Of a stretch of 42,246 nt of DNA, positions 7,891 through 17,627 are shown piece by piece. Position numbers and translations under genes: made by a program. Each line of letters opens with the position of its first letter. The stretch's first letter is position 1. The stretch comes from a virus (taxonomy: Duplodnaviria; Caudoviricetes): the IMG/VR virus record IMGVR_UViG_3300023283_000230, positions 1 to 42,246 of that record; one strand, given 5' to 3'. Below the pieces are notes generated by a model. The model did not search any database. It saw nothing but the letters and a program-made list of their open reading frames with translations, and was not told the origin of the DNA.

Positions 7891-10173
7891 GTGCCTCAGC
7901 TCCCCTTCGGAGGATTCACCGCTGAGGTTCCGACTCGCGCTCGGGGCCGTGGTCAGCGCCAGGCGACGGCTGCCGATTTCGCGCCGGCAGTCGGGCGAGA
8001 TGTGGACATCATCCCCGATCCAGGGGTGGGGGGCGCCATTGCTCAATCCGGGGAGGTGCTTCAGCGCGTCGGGGACAGCACGGTTCGGCAGAGCATCCTC
8101 CAGACGCAGGAGGTCATCCGCGATACCGGGGAGCGTACGGGCCTCGCGCGGCAAGCGCAGGCGGACTTCGCCGCGCAGGCTCGCGCGTTCGAGCGCCAGC
8201 GAGCGGACGCTGAGCGTCAGCGGGCAGCCCTTCAGGAGCGACTTGAGGCCCAGCAGCAAGCCCTTGCGGATCAGCGAGCGAAGGACGAAGCCCGCCAGAT
8301 TGAACTCCGCGCTACTCAGCTCAACGGCCAGTTCTCCGCCGCCATGGCGGAGGCTCTGCGTACCGGGGCGGACTTCGATCCCATCCGAGAGCAGTTCCTC
8401 GACGCTTTCGATCAGCTTTCCGAGAGCATTGACACGCGGGGTGGGCTGGCTGCGCTCGAACTTGCGCGGGCGCAGTTCGACGCGAAGGCGCTCAACGAGA
8501 CCATCACCGCGACGGCCGCGCGCGAGGGTGAGCGAGTAAAGAGCTTCGTCGATCAGAAGCTGGGTCAGGAAACTCAAGCGGTTCTGCGGGATGTAGATGA
8601 GTTTCCCGCCGCTGTCGAGCGGATAGATGCGTTCATCGACTCGTTCGACAGCATCCCCGCTCAAGACCGGGAGGCTGCCAAGCTTAGCGCGCGCGAGGAC
8701 CTCGGCGCCGCCGCGGCGGAAGCGTTGCTGCTCCAAGACCCCCGGAGTCTTCGAGAACTGCTTACCGAGGGAGAGGGGATCCCCGGGCTCGACGCGGCCA
8801 AGGCTGCGAGCTTTATCGGCAAAGCCGATGCTGAGATCGCAAGGCGCGAGAAGGCGGCCAACGCGCTGACCGGAGCGCAAAAGCTACGAGTCCGCCAAGC
8901 GCTGAGGGAAGCCGCTGAAACGCGCGTGCTCAGCAACGCGGAGTTCCCTCTCTGGGAGCAACTTGGCATAACCCCAGCGCAGTATGACTCCGATCAGCAA
9001 CGCTCTCTGCGCGCGGCCGAGAAGCGCCAACTCGCGGCCGCGCAAGAGGCATTGGTCGCTGATGGTGACGGCGCGGTGCTAGAGGCCGATGACTACCAGG
9101 CCAGCGTGGAAAGCATCGTGCAAGCGCGCACCGAAGGGCTCGAGGGCGCCGAGCGGGATCTAGCCGCTCTCGACGCGCGGATAAAGCTCGCGGGGCTGAA
9201 CGGCCGGGGTGACCGAAGCATGACTCGCGTCATAGACGCCGCCGCGGTTAGCTCGAGTCAAGAACAGTTTTTGCGGGGCTTGTCTGTTCGTAATCGGATG
9301 CAGGACGCCGGCCTCAGCGAGCTGGTCAACCGGGCGGTCTCGTCGGACAGCCGAAACATCTACGATGTGTTCGAGCGGCTCGTCACTGACACTGGTCTGA
9401 CCCTTGACCAAGCTTTCGAGCACATGTCTACGCTCCGAGAGCGTTTGCCTGAGGTCAAGCAGCGGCTCAATGATCCCGACTTGAAGCGCGAGATTCAAGA
9501 CGCCGCTGCGGACTTAGCTCTGGAGGGTGACGTTGTCTCTCAGACGCCGTTTTTCCGCCAGGAAATCACCCGCAGAGCCCAGACATTCCTGGCGATCAAC
9601 AACTTCATGACGGCCACGCAAGCTGTCGAGCTTGCCCGCGACCGAATAGAAGCGGATACATTCGAAACCGATCAGGGTATCCGCGCGCCGAGAGGCTCGT
9701 TCCCCGAGCTGTGGAGCGAAGCGCAGCAATTCGCTCGGCAAAACGTGCTCAAGGACGTTATCCGAGAGCAGCTTGGGCAAGAGCTTGATCGTGATGAGCT
9801 GAACAGCCTGTTCATCGTCCCCCGGCGCGAAGGCGACCGTTTCCTGGCTCAAGTCGTGGACCCCAGGACCGGAGTCGTGATGCTGTCTCGATGGGATCTG
9901 GCGGACGCCAAGCAGCGCTGGTGGAATGCGGAGGGGAAGGCAGCGCACACCGACGCGGTGCTCGAGGCTGAAGCGATCAACGCAGCGCTGCAGCGCGGTT
10001 TCGGCGCGGTGGACGTGTTCGGCCGGCTGGAGGGCGAGGCTGAGCCCGCGGGGCTCGAAGCTTTCCGAGCCTTCACGCGGGAAACTGCCGAGCGGCGAGA
10101 ACGGGGGGCTCCGGCCGCCCCGCCGGGGCCGCCAGGCGCGGCGGACGTTTTCAGTAGCTTAGAGCAGCGTTAG
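7891..10173 (+). CDS. Internal virion (ejection) protein, gp15-like
   Basis: 760-aa helical protein; synteny. Confidence 0.7.
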   Translation: MPQLPFGGFTAEVPTRARGRGQRQATAADFAPAVGRDVDIIPDPGVGGAIAQSGEVLQRVGDSTVRQSILQTQEVIRDTGERTGLARQAQADFAAQARAFERQRADAERQRAALQERLEAQQQALADQRAKDEARQIELRATQLNGQFSAAMAEALRTGADFDPIREQFLDAFDQLSESIDTRGGLAALELARAQFDAKALNETITATAAREGERVKSFVDQKLGQETQAVLRDVDEFPAAVERIDAFIDSFDSIPAQDREAAKLSAREDLGAAAAEALLLQDPRSLRELLTEGEGIPGLDAAKAASFIGKADAEIARREKAANALTGAQKLRVRQALREAAETRVLSNAEFPLWEQLGITPAQYDSDQQRSLRAAEKRQLAAAQEALVADGDGAVLEADDYQASVESIVQARTEGLEGAERDLAALDARIKLAGLNGRGDRSMTRVIDAAAVSSSQEQFLRGLSVRNRMQDAGLSELVNRAVSSDSRNIYDVFERLVTDTGLTLDQAFEHMSTLRERLPEVKQRLNDPDLKREIQDAAADLALEGDVVSQTPFFRQEITRRAQTFLAINNFMTATQAVELARDRIEADTFETDQGIRAPRGSFPELWSEAQQFARQNVLKDVIREQLGQELDRDELNSLFIVPRREGDRFLAQVVDPRTGVVMLSRWDLADAKQRWWNAEGKAAHTDAVLEAEAINAALQRGFGAVDVFGRLEGEAEPAGLEAFRAFTRETAERRERGAPAAPPGPPGAADVFSSLEQR

Positions 10174-13100
10174 ATGGCCGAGAGTCCCGTCAACGCCCCG
10201 GCCACCGGACCCGTCCCGGGCGGACCGCAACCCGGGCCGCCCGGAGAGCCGAAGCGTAGGTTCGAGGCGCCGACGGTAAACCGTCCGCCAGACCCCGCGT
10301 TCGAGCCTGACGCGCCGCCGCCCCTCCCGGACGCGGGTCCGCCGTTCCGTGCTCAGGAGGACGGACCTGGACTGTTCGAGGTCTTCAAGAACTCGTTTCT
10401 GCTCGATTCTCCGATTACCGCTGCGGCGCGCATGCTCGAGTTGTCGGGCTTGCCGGCGAACCCCGACTTCCTCCTCACGGAAGACATCCAGCGCCAACTG
10501 CTCGACGACGTGCCGCCCGAGTTCAAGGGGCCCCTGCGGCAGGAACTCGCCGAGAGCTCGCTGTCGATGGAGCACGCGCGGCTCATCAAGGAGAATTTCC
10601 GCACGGATGTCGCGCGGGAGCAGATGATCGCACAAGCCGGCGGCGCCGGGCTCGCAACTCGCATCCTGGCTAATGTCAGTGATCCAGTGGGGCTCGGCCT
10701 CGCTCTCGCCACCGGGGGCGTGGGCTTCCTGACCAAAGCCGGGCGACTGGCGAGCGCGCTCAGAGTCGGGGCGGTGACCGGAGCCGAAGCGGCGGCGCTT
10801 GAAGGTTTCGTTGCGCAGACGCAAGTGACCCGGGACTCCACGGATGTTCTCCTGTCCGCGCTCACGGGAATGGCGCTTGGAGCGCCCATCGGTGCGTTTG
10901 CTGCTCGGGGCGCGGCCCCTGGGGCGGTTCCCGGGGGTACCTCGCCGCCCTCCGCGCCGGGTGTGCCCCGGATCCCGCTTGCGCCCCTTCAAGACGAGTT
11001 CAACACCGCGATCAACGCCGCCATCCGCCGGCAGAATGCCGACAGCATCATCGAGGCGTCCAAAGCTGCCGGGCTCGACAGCGCCGGCGCGATGCGTGCG
11101 TTCGGCATCACCGAGCCGCTCATGGAGGCTGAGGTGGCGCGCCGGTTTAACCTCAGCGTGGACGATGACGTAGCGCGCAGCGCCGCGGCTACGATATTCG
11201 GTGCGCCCATCCGGTTCGATCGCGTCGGTAGGCTCGGCCAAGATCCAGATCCACTCGTCCGCGATACGGGTCGGGCGTACGGGCAAGAGGGCGTCGGCGT
11301 GGTCGGGCATGGCAACGTCCGGCGGTCAGCCTCCGAGGTGCAGGATCTCATCCACGTTACGCACCTGACCCCTTGGAGGCGGCTCACCAACCCGCAGTAC
11401 ACCGCCTGGCTCAGGGAACAAGGCACTGGGGCGTTGCGCGGCCAATTTTCGCTCGCAAAGCGAGATGAGTTCTGGACCAAGGTCGGGGAAGCCGTGGCCC
11501 GGGGTGGGGACGATCCTTCCGAGGCGGTGAGGCAGGCGGCGAAGAGAACGTCCCAGCTCCTCGCGCGGTACAACCAGACGCTGCGAGATGCCAAGGTCAG
11601 CGGTTTTGAGGACGTCCCGGTGAACCTGCGGTATCTCCCGCGTATCTGGCGTCAGGAATCCATACGCGCCCTCGGGTTGCGTCATGGTGACGACCAGATG
11701 ACGGCGCTCGTGGCTCGGAGCTTCCGGGATGCGCATCCTGACATGTCGGAGGAGACCGCAACCATCTTGGGCCGCGCTTATTGGCGGCAGATGACTCGGG
11801 TTTCCGTCGGCATGGACCAGGGCATCATGCACGGCATCCGCACGGACGACGTAGAGTTCCTGAAGGGGCTCCTGCGTGACTCGGGTGACCTCGACGACGA
11901 GGCCGTCAACGCGGTCGTCGCGTCTGTCCAGCAAGCCACCGAGACAGCCAACCGAGCCAGTCGGGCCAAACGTCGAGCCGATATCGACGAGAACACGCAG
12001 ATCAGGATGGCCAACGGCGAGACGGTTCGGATAGCCGAGCTATTTGAACGTAACGCCGAGAAGCTGGTTACGGCGTATAGCCGCGTGATGAGCGGCCACG
12101 CAGCGCTTGCACGAGAGGTGAATGTCCGGTCGCTGACGGATCACCGCGACCTCATGAATTTGATCCGATCTCGCGGGCGCGAGGCTGGGCGCGACTCGCA
12201 AGAGGTGAATCGCAACGTCGAGCAGCTGGATCAGATGTACCGGTCGATCATCGGACAGAGTCTGGAGAACGACCCGGCCGGTCTCCTCTCTCGAGGCGCG
12301 CGTGCCTTGCGCGCGTTCAACTTTCAGCGCATCGGTCCGGCCTTCGGCATAGCGCAGCTTCCAGAATTCGGCGTCGCGCTCGGAACCGTGGGCGTGCGGG
12401 ACATGCTCGTTCAGATGCCTGCTCTCCGGGGGTTCCTTACTCTTGCTGAGGACGGGCAATTGAGTTCCGCGCTCGGTCGTCAGATCGAGGCGATGGTCGC
12501 CCCCGGCCCGGAGCGTCTCATCAACACCCCGGGGCTACGCATAGAAGAGCAAGGCTTCGGGTTTGGAGAGCGCCCCTTTACGCGTAGGTTTGAGGACGCT
12601 TCCGAAATTTTGAGTCGGGTTGTCGGCGACATCAGCGGGCTCAACTCTCTGACCATTGCGTTTCAGCGTATGGCCACGCTGGGCATGGCGCAGAAGATCA
12701 TGGGCTTCGCGCTCGGCCGCAAGATGTCTACTGCTCAGCAGCGGCGGCTGACCGAACTGATCCCCGAGGACATGCAGGCGCGCGTCTTCGCGCAGATGCA
12801 AGAACACGTTAAGCGCGAACCCTCGGCTCTCGCGCCGGGGAAGTACCGGCTGCTCGATCTGAATCCCGAGGCGTGGACTGACAGGGAGGCGCTCGATGCT
12901 TTCACGTTCGCGCTCTATCGTGAAGGCCGCCGTGTTATCCAGCGCAATGATATCGGCACCCGGCATGAGTTCTTTGACTCTACGACCGGGAAGATCATGA
13001 CCCAGTTTCGGAGCTTCATGCTGTCTGCCTGGACCAAGCAAACGCTGCATGGGATCCACCATCGGGATTTTCAAGCGTTCGTGACGTTCCAGCTCGGCAT

Positions 13101-13530
13101 GTTTGTGGCGGGGCTCTCCTACATCGCACAGCAGTCCCTTAATATTGCAGATCCCGAAGAGCGGAAGAAGCGACTGGCACCGGACGAGATAGCCAAGGCC
13201 GCGTTCTTGCGCAGTGCGCACTCGTCACTGGCACCCGCGATGATCGACCAGGTGGTGCGCGCTACGGGAGAAGACCCGCTCTTTGCGTACAGCCGGGCGT
13301 CCGGGCTAGCATCAGACTTCATCGGGGGCGTCCCTACGGTGGACACGGTGGACAAGCTGGGCCAATTGCTCGAGGTGCCGTCTGCTATCATTCGTCCTGA
13401 CCAGCAGGTCACTCAACGGGATCTGCGGAATGTCCGGAGCCTGTTGCCCGTACTCGGGGGACTCATCGGAGTCCGCCGCGTGTTTGATGCTGTCGGCGCT
13501 GGCCTACCCGAGCAGCGAGACGTGGAGTAA
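10174..13530 (+). CDS. Large internal virion (ejection) protein, gp16-like
   Basis: 1118 aa; YLPRIW and GKIMTQFRSFM motifs typical of podoviral large ejection proteins. Confidence 0.8.
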   Translation: MAESPVNAPATGPVPGGPQPGPPGEPKRRFEAPTVNRPPDPAFEPDAPPPLPDAGPPFRAQEDGPGLFEVFKNSFLLDSPITAAARMLELSGLPANPDFLLTEDIQRQLLDDVPPEFKGPLRQELAESSLSMEHARLIKENFRTDVAREQMIAQAGGAGLATRILANVSDPVGLGLALATGGVGFLTKAGRLASALRVGAVTGAEAAALEGFVAQTQVTRDSTDVLLSALTGMALGAPIGAFAARGAAPGAVPGGTSPPSAPGVPRIPLAPLQDEFNTAINAAIRRQNADSIIEASKAAGLDSAGAMRAFGITEPLMEAEVARRFNLSVDDDVARSAAATIFGAPIRFDRVGRLGQDPDPLVRDTGRAYGQEGVGVVGHGNVRRSASEVQDLIHVTHLTPWRRLTNPQYTAWLREQGTGALRGQFSLAKRDEFWTKVGEAVARGGDDPSEAVRQAAKRTSQLLARYNQTLRDAKVSGFEDVPVNLRYLPRIWRQESIRALGLRHGDDQMTALVARSFRDAHPDMSEETATILGRAYWRQMTRVSVGMDQGIMHGIRTDDVEFLKGLLRDSGDLDDEAVNAVVASVQQATETANRASRAKRRADIDENTQIRMANGETVRIAELFERNAEKLVTAYSRVMSGHAALAREVNVRSLTDHRDLMNLIRSRGREAGRDSQEVNRNVEQLDQMYRSIIGQSLENDPAGLLSRGARALRAFNFQRIGPAFGIAQLPEFGVALGTVGVRDMLVQMPALRGFLTLAEDGQLSSALGRQIEAMVAPGPERLINTPGLRIEEQGFGFGERPFTRRFEDASEILSRVVGDISGLNSLTIAFQRMATLGMAQKIMGFALGRKMSTAQQRRLTELIPEDMQARVFAQMQEHVKREPSALAPGKYRLLDLNPEAWTDREALDAFTFALYREGRRVIQRNDIGTRHEFFDSTTGKIMTQFRSFMLSAWTKQTLHGIHHRDFQAFVTFQLGMFVAGLSYIAQQSLNIADPEERKKRLAPDEIAKAAFLRSAHSSLAPAMIDQVVRATGEDPLFAYSRASGLASDFIGGVPTVDTVDKLGQLLEVPSAIIRPDQQVTQRDLRNVRSLLPVLGGLIGVRRVFDAVGAGLPEQRDVE

Positions 13531-13535
13531 CCTAA

Positions 13536-15101
13536 ATGACGGTGTCCACCAATCTGAACAAGGTGTCCTTTGCCGGCGACGGCAACACCACGCTATTCAA
13601 CCTCGGCGCGGGGTTCATCTTTTTCGATGCGTCCGAACTGCGCGTACTGCTTGTCACCGACGCCACCGGTGCCATCGCGGTGCAGACGATCACCACGGAT
13701 TACACCGTCTCGGGAGGAGCGGGGTCCACGGGCTCGGTAACGATGGTCACGGCGCCGGCAGTCGGTGAGACGCTCGTCATCCGGCGCGTGATGCCGTTGA
13801 CTCAGAGCACCGACCTCGTGAACAACACGGCGCAGGACGCCGAGGTTGTCGAGGACGCCCTGGACCGGCAGGCGCTCGCCGACCAGCAATTCGATGAGGC
13901 CATCTCCCGCGCGCTGCGCCTCCCCGAGAACGAACTGACGGAGGGGGTGCTGCCGCCCGCGGTGACGCGCAAAGGCAAGTTGCTGCAGTTCAAGGACGAT
14001 TCCTCAGCGCTGCCCGAGATGGTGAAGGCTGCAGACCTAAGCTTGGTTACGCTTGGCAATGCGCTCGTTGCTCTGGACGCGCTCACCCCTGCGGCCGATC
14101 GCCTGCCCTACTTCACCGGGCCGGCGGCGGCCGCGCTGGCGACGCTCACCGCCTTCGCGCGCACGTTGCTTGACGACGGGGACGCCGGGACCGCACGGGC
14201 GACGCTGGCGGCTGCAGCCTCGTCCCTGACCCTGACTGCAGGGACGGGATTGAGCGGCGGCGGGGACCTCACCACCAACCGCACGTTCAACCTCGACATC
14301 AACGGGCTGACGGAAGAGACGGCGATCCAAGGCGCGTTGGATTTCCTCCCCATCTTCGATGCGAGCGGGGCGGTTATCCGCAAGGCCAAGCCCCATAACG
14401 TCATCGACATCGATGGGATGACAGAGGAGACGGCAATCCAGGGCGCGTTGGATTTCCTCCCCATCTTCGATGCGAGCGGAGCGGTTATTCGCAAAGCGAA
14501 GCCTCATAACGTCATCGACATCAACGGGATGACGGAAGAGACTACGGTCGATGGCGCGGCCGATTTCGTAGCGCTCTTCGATGCGAGCGCGGGCGCCATC
14601 CGCAAGGTGAAGCCGGACAATCTAGGCGGTGGCGGGGGCATCACGGAAGGCACCTCGGTGACCGCTTCAGGCACCGCGGTCGATTTCACCGGGATCCCAT
14701 CGGGAGTCAAGCGCGTAGTCATACAGCTAAGCGAGGTCTCGGGAAACGGGTCTTCTGCTCTGCGGTTTCAGATCGGAGACTCGGGAGGTATAGAGACCAG
14801 CGGGTACGTCGGGGCTAGCGACAACGCCCCCGGGAATGCATTCATCGCTTTCAGCAACGGTTTTGACGCCCCCTCCCCCTCTGCCACGAACGATGCCTCG
14901 GGACAGCTTATCTTGACGCGAGCCGACGCCGGCTCAAACCTGTGGGTCTGTTCCTTTGTCCTGGGACTCCAAAACGGTGGTCTCCGACACGGGGCGGGCA
15001 AGAAAGCCTTGAGCGCCGAGTTGGATCGCATACGGGTTACGTTTGCGAACGGCACAGACAGCTTTGATGCTGGAACCATCAACATCACGCACGAGAGTTA
15101 G
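13536..15101 (+). CDS. Tail fibre protein (T7 gp17-like N-terminal anchor)
   Basis: GDGNTTLF...DYTVSG...LVIRR...Q.TDL N-terminus; ADRLPYFTG...ARTLLDD fibre motif; ELDRIRVT...FDAGTINI C-terminal domain. Confidence 0.88.
   Translation: MTVSTNLNKVSFAGDGNTTLFNLGAGFIFFDASELRVLLVTDATGAIAVQTITTDYTVSGGAGSTGSVTMVTAPAVGETLVIRRVMPLTQSTDLVNNTAQDAEVVEDALDRQALADQQFDEAISRALRLPENELTEGVLPPAVTRKGKLLQFKDDSSALPEMVKAADLSLVTLGNALVALDALTPAADRLPYFTGPAAAALATLTAFARTLLDDGDAGTARATLAAAASSLTLTAGTGLSGGGDLTTNRTFNLDINGLTEETAIQGALDFLPIFDASGAVIRKAKPHNVIDIDGMTEETAIQGALDFLPIFDASGAVIRKAKPHNVIDINGMTEETTVDGAADFVALFDASAGAIRKVKPDNLGGGGGITEGTSVTASGTAVDFTGIPSGVKRVVIQLSEVSGNGSSALRFQIGDSGGIETSGYVGASDNAPGNAFIAFSNGFDAPSPSATNDASGQLILTRADAGSNLWVCSFVLGLQNGGLRHGAGKKALSAELDRIRVTFANGTDSFDAGTINITHES
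14295..14624 (+). repeat. Three 111-bp (37-aa) tandem repeats within the tail fibre
   Basis: DI(N/D)G(L/M)TEET...DF..FDAS...IRK.KP.N occurs three times; the first two copies are nearly identical in DNA. Confidence 0.9.
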
Positions 15102-15114
15102 AGGAGTTAGCGCC

Positions 15115-15372
15115 ATGGCCGACAAGCTAGTGGTTGACCTGAGCAAGCCCCGTGGCAACGCGGGTCGAGTGCGGCGCGTGCCTTTGACCCCGGCGGAGGA
15201 GGCCGAGATCGCGGCCCGCAAAACGCAAGAGCAAGCGAAGGAACTCGAGAGGGCGCGAAAGACTCGCATCGCCGTGCTGAAGAACGACATCCTACTGCTC
15301 GTTGCTCGGGGGCGGGAGGTACCGGCGCCAATGCGCGCTGAGCTGGACAGTTTACTGGACGTAGTGGAGTAA
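15115..15372 (+). CDS. Probable tail fibre assembly chaperone
   Basis: GAGGAG RBS; VPLTPAEEAE motif; follows the fibre gene. Confidence 0.6.
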   Translation: MADKLVVDLSKPRGNAGRVRRVPLTPAEEAEIAARKTQEQAKELERARKTRIAVLKNDILLLVARGREVPAPMRAELDSLLDVVE

Positions 15373-15376
15373 AACC

Positions 15377-15661
15377 ATGCCCCCCAGCCCGGACCCCGAG
15401 ATGCGACACGTCTGCTCGTTGCTGGGGGATGTGCGTACCCAGCTCGCAGCTCAGAGTGTGAAGCTCGAAGCCATCGACTCGAAGCTGGACGCGCATCTCG
15501 AGGCGGACAACGCTCGTTTCGCTCGGCAAGAGCAGGCGTTGCTAGCAAGCAACGCCCTGCATCGGGAGGCCGAGCGTTTCCGCGGTCGAGTGACCGGCAT
15601 TGGAATAGCGATCGGCCTCCTCCTCACTACTGGGGCGGCGTATCTTGCCCTGGTGGCCTAG
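15377..15661 (+). CDS. Holin-like/XhlA-like membrane protein
   Basis: Coiled coil plus a C-terminal transmembrane helix; last gene of the late arm. Confidence 0.55.
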   Translation: MPPSPDPEMRHVCSLLGDVRTQLAAQSVKLEAIDSKLDAHLEADNARFARQEQALLASNALHREAERFRGRVTGIGIAIGLLLTTGAAYLALVA

Positions 15662-15995
15662 GCTCCCAGGCACCCCCACCGCCCAACCGTACCGCCCAGT
15701 ACATGGCGTGCGCCACGGCGGGCGACACGCCGTCCCCGATCAGCATGCGCCGGAAGTTTTGATCTGCCAGCTTTCGCGTCTGGACCCAGCGCAGGTTCCG
15801 GTACGCGAAATCATGGAGCATCGCTGCTCGAATGACTCGAGGGTCGCCCGGGGTAACGATGCGCCAGAATAGGCGGGGCACCGAAGCGCCGTCGAACGTA
15901 AAGCCCGCCGGCACCGGGCCGTAGGGCTCTACTACTTGCCACAATCGCTTTCCGCGTACTGGGGAAAGAATCGGTCCGTCTACTTTGGGGTTCAT
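15627..15995 (-). CDS. DUF1353 family protein
   Basis: VPAGFTFDGASVPR.FW...AAMLHDFAY...ADQNF...MYWAVRLGG signature. Confidence 0.85.
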   Translation of the reverse strand: MNPKVDGPILSPVRGKRLWQVVEPYGPVPAGFTFDGASVPRLFWRIVTPGDPRVIRAAMLHDFAYRNLRWVQTRKLADQNFRRMLIGDGVSPAVAHAMYWAVRLGGGGAWEPRPPGQDTPPQ

Positions 15996-16672
15996 ATCGT
16001 CTCCTCGCACAGCGCTGTTTCCGAGATGGGCAGCACAAGCGTGCCCATGTGGATCGTCGCGTAGCCCATCATCGGGCCGCCCGCGGAGTCGCGGATCAAC
16101 GCCACCAGAATGCCCACCACGCGCCCGTCACGGAACACCGGGGCGCCAGACATTCCCTGCTTTGAGACCAGATCTACGACCCACAGCCCGCCGAAGCGGT
16201 CCGCGTGCATCTGGTTGTTCGTCACGGCTACGGGACCCTCGGAGTACATCGGCTGCTCCCAGGCTCCGGGATAGCCGATGGTGTACAGCCGATCGCCCAT
16301 CTCCGGCCGATAATCGCAATCAAGCGGGAGTGGGGTGAACTCCCGCACGTCTGCCCGGGCGAGCCCATAGTCTAGCGTAGCGCCTTCTCCCAAGTGGAAC
16401 GGCAAGACCAGCAGGCCGACGTCAGATCCGAACTTCTCAGCTTCCATGTAAACGTGCCGGGCGGAGACCACGAGGTTGTCCCCCGCCACCCACCCCGTGG
16501 CCTCGCCGTCGCCGCGCTTACCGTCAGCGCCGAGCGAATAGAGCTTCAGGACGGCAGCGCGTTGCTGGTTGATCGTAAGCGGCTCCGAGCCTGGAGCACA
16601 GCCGCTGACGATGATGAGGACGAGCGCTGTCAAGAATGCGACGGGGAGAATCGTGTCTAAGAACTTGTCCAT
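15992..16672 (-). CDS. Lipoprotein trypsin-like serine protease
   Basis: Signal peptide with lipobox VSGC; catalytic motifs SARHV (His), DYGL (Asp), GMSGAPV (Ser); IGYP. Confidence 0.85.
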   Translation of the reverse strand: MDKFLDTILPVAFLTALVLIIVSGCAPGSEPLTINQQRAAVLKLYSLGADGKRGDGEATGWVAGDNLVVSARHVYMEAEKFGSDVGLLVLPFHLGEGATLDYGLARADVREFTPLPLDCDYRPEMGDRLYTIGYPGAWEQPMYSEGPVAVTNNQMHADRFGGLWVVDLVSKQGMSGAPVFRDGRVVGILVALIRDSAGGPMMGYATIHMGTLVLPISETALCEETI

Positions 16673-16687
16673 GATTGATTCCTCTTG

Positions 16688-17626
16688 TTACGAGCGGCCT
16701 AGCTTGAGCAGCTTGCCGCGAAACGGAATGCGCCCATCGGGAAGGCAGTGCACAAGTTCCGGCCCGATGAACTTATGGTCGGCGAAGTGCAAAAGCGCAA
16801 AGCCTTGCTGCCAGTTTACCGGATTATCCTCCGTGTAGTGAACGAAACTCTTCGCGTAGATATCCGCCGTCGTTCCCGCCCCGACGCCCCAGCGAGTCCC
16901 GTTGTAGTCGGTGAACGCCTTCGCCCAGAGCATATGATCGTGCCCTGTCACCATGGAGCGCCCGGATTCGACAGCGTTGTTTGCTGCCGCGTATTTGCCG
17001 CTCTTGAAGCGGTGCTTGACCACCAGGTCATCATTGATCCAAGTGGACCACGCAGGGGCCCAGCCCGGGAAGTGATCTTTGAGCGTGAAGCCGTGGACCT
17101 CGGCAAACTCAGGCACCTTCCTGGCCAGCCAAGTCTCAAAGCGCGCGTCATGGTTCCCGAGGTTCCAGATGAGCCTCTTCACGTAGGGAAGCGCTTCGAA
17201 CTCCGCTAACTGCCGGGCGGCCGCGCCGATCTCCTCGGCTACTGAGGGTTGGCCGGCAAGTTCGATGAAGCTACTCACGGGCCAGCGCGAGATGCTCGCC
17301 CCGTCGATGGCATCCCCGTTGTTGACGATGGCCCAAGGCTTGAGCTTGTCTGCGAGGTGCAGTGCAGCGCGGATTGCGAGCGTGGCTTTCTCCCCGGGGT
17401 AGAAGTGCATGTCGCTCAGCACGAAGACGCAGCAATCTTTTGGCATGCCGTCGTCCTTGTTGAGCAGCACGCGCGCCCGCCAGCGCCCGCGCCAGATACT
17501 ACCTTGCTTTCGGGCTTCGAGGTTCTCCCCTGCGGCTTCGAGGTTCTTGCGCAAGCGTTCCTCCTCGCGTTTGCGAGCACGCTCGGCCTGGCGGCGAGCC
17601 ACTTCAGCGTCGGTGATTGTCGTCAT
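16688..17626 (-). CDS. Calcineurin-like metallophosphoesterase
   Basis: SDMH, NGD, GNHD, KH and GHDH motifs. The likely start is MTTITD, next to the upstream gene's stop. Confidence 0.88.
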   Translation of the reverse strand: MTTITDAEVARRQAERARKREEERLRKNLEAAGENLEARKQGSIWRGRWRARVLLNKDDGMPKDCCVFVLSDMHFYPGEKATLAIRAALHLADKLKPWAIVNNGDAIDGASISRWPVSSFIELAGQPSVAEEIGAAARQLAEFEALPYVKRLIWNLGNHDARFETWLARKVPEFAEVHGFTLKDHFPGWAPAWSTWINDDLVVKHRFKSGKYAAANNAVESGRSMVTGHDHMLWAKAFTDYNGTRWGVGAGTTADIYAKSFVHYTEDNPVNWQQGFALLHFADHKFIGPELVHCLPDGRIPFRGKLLKLGRS

Positions 17627-17627
17627 G

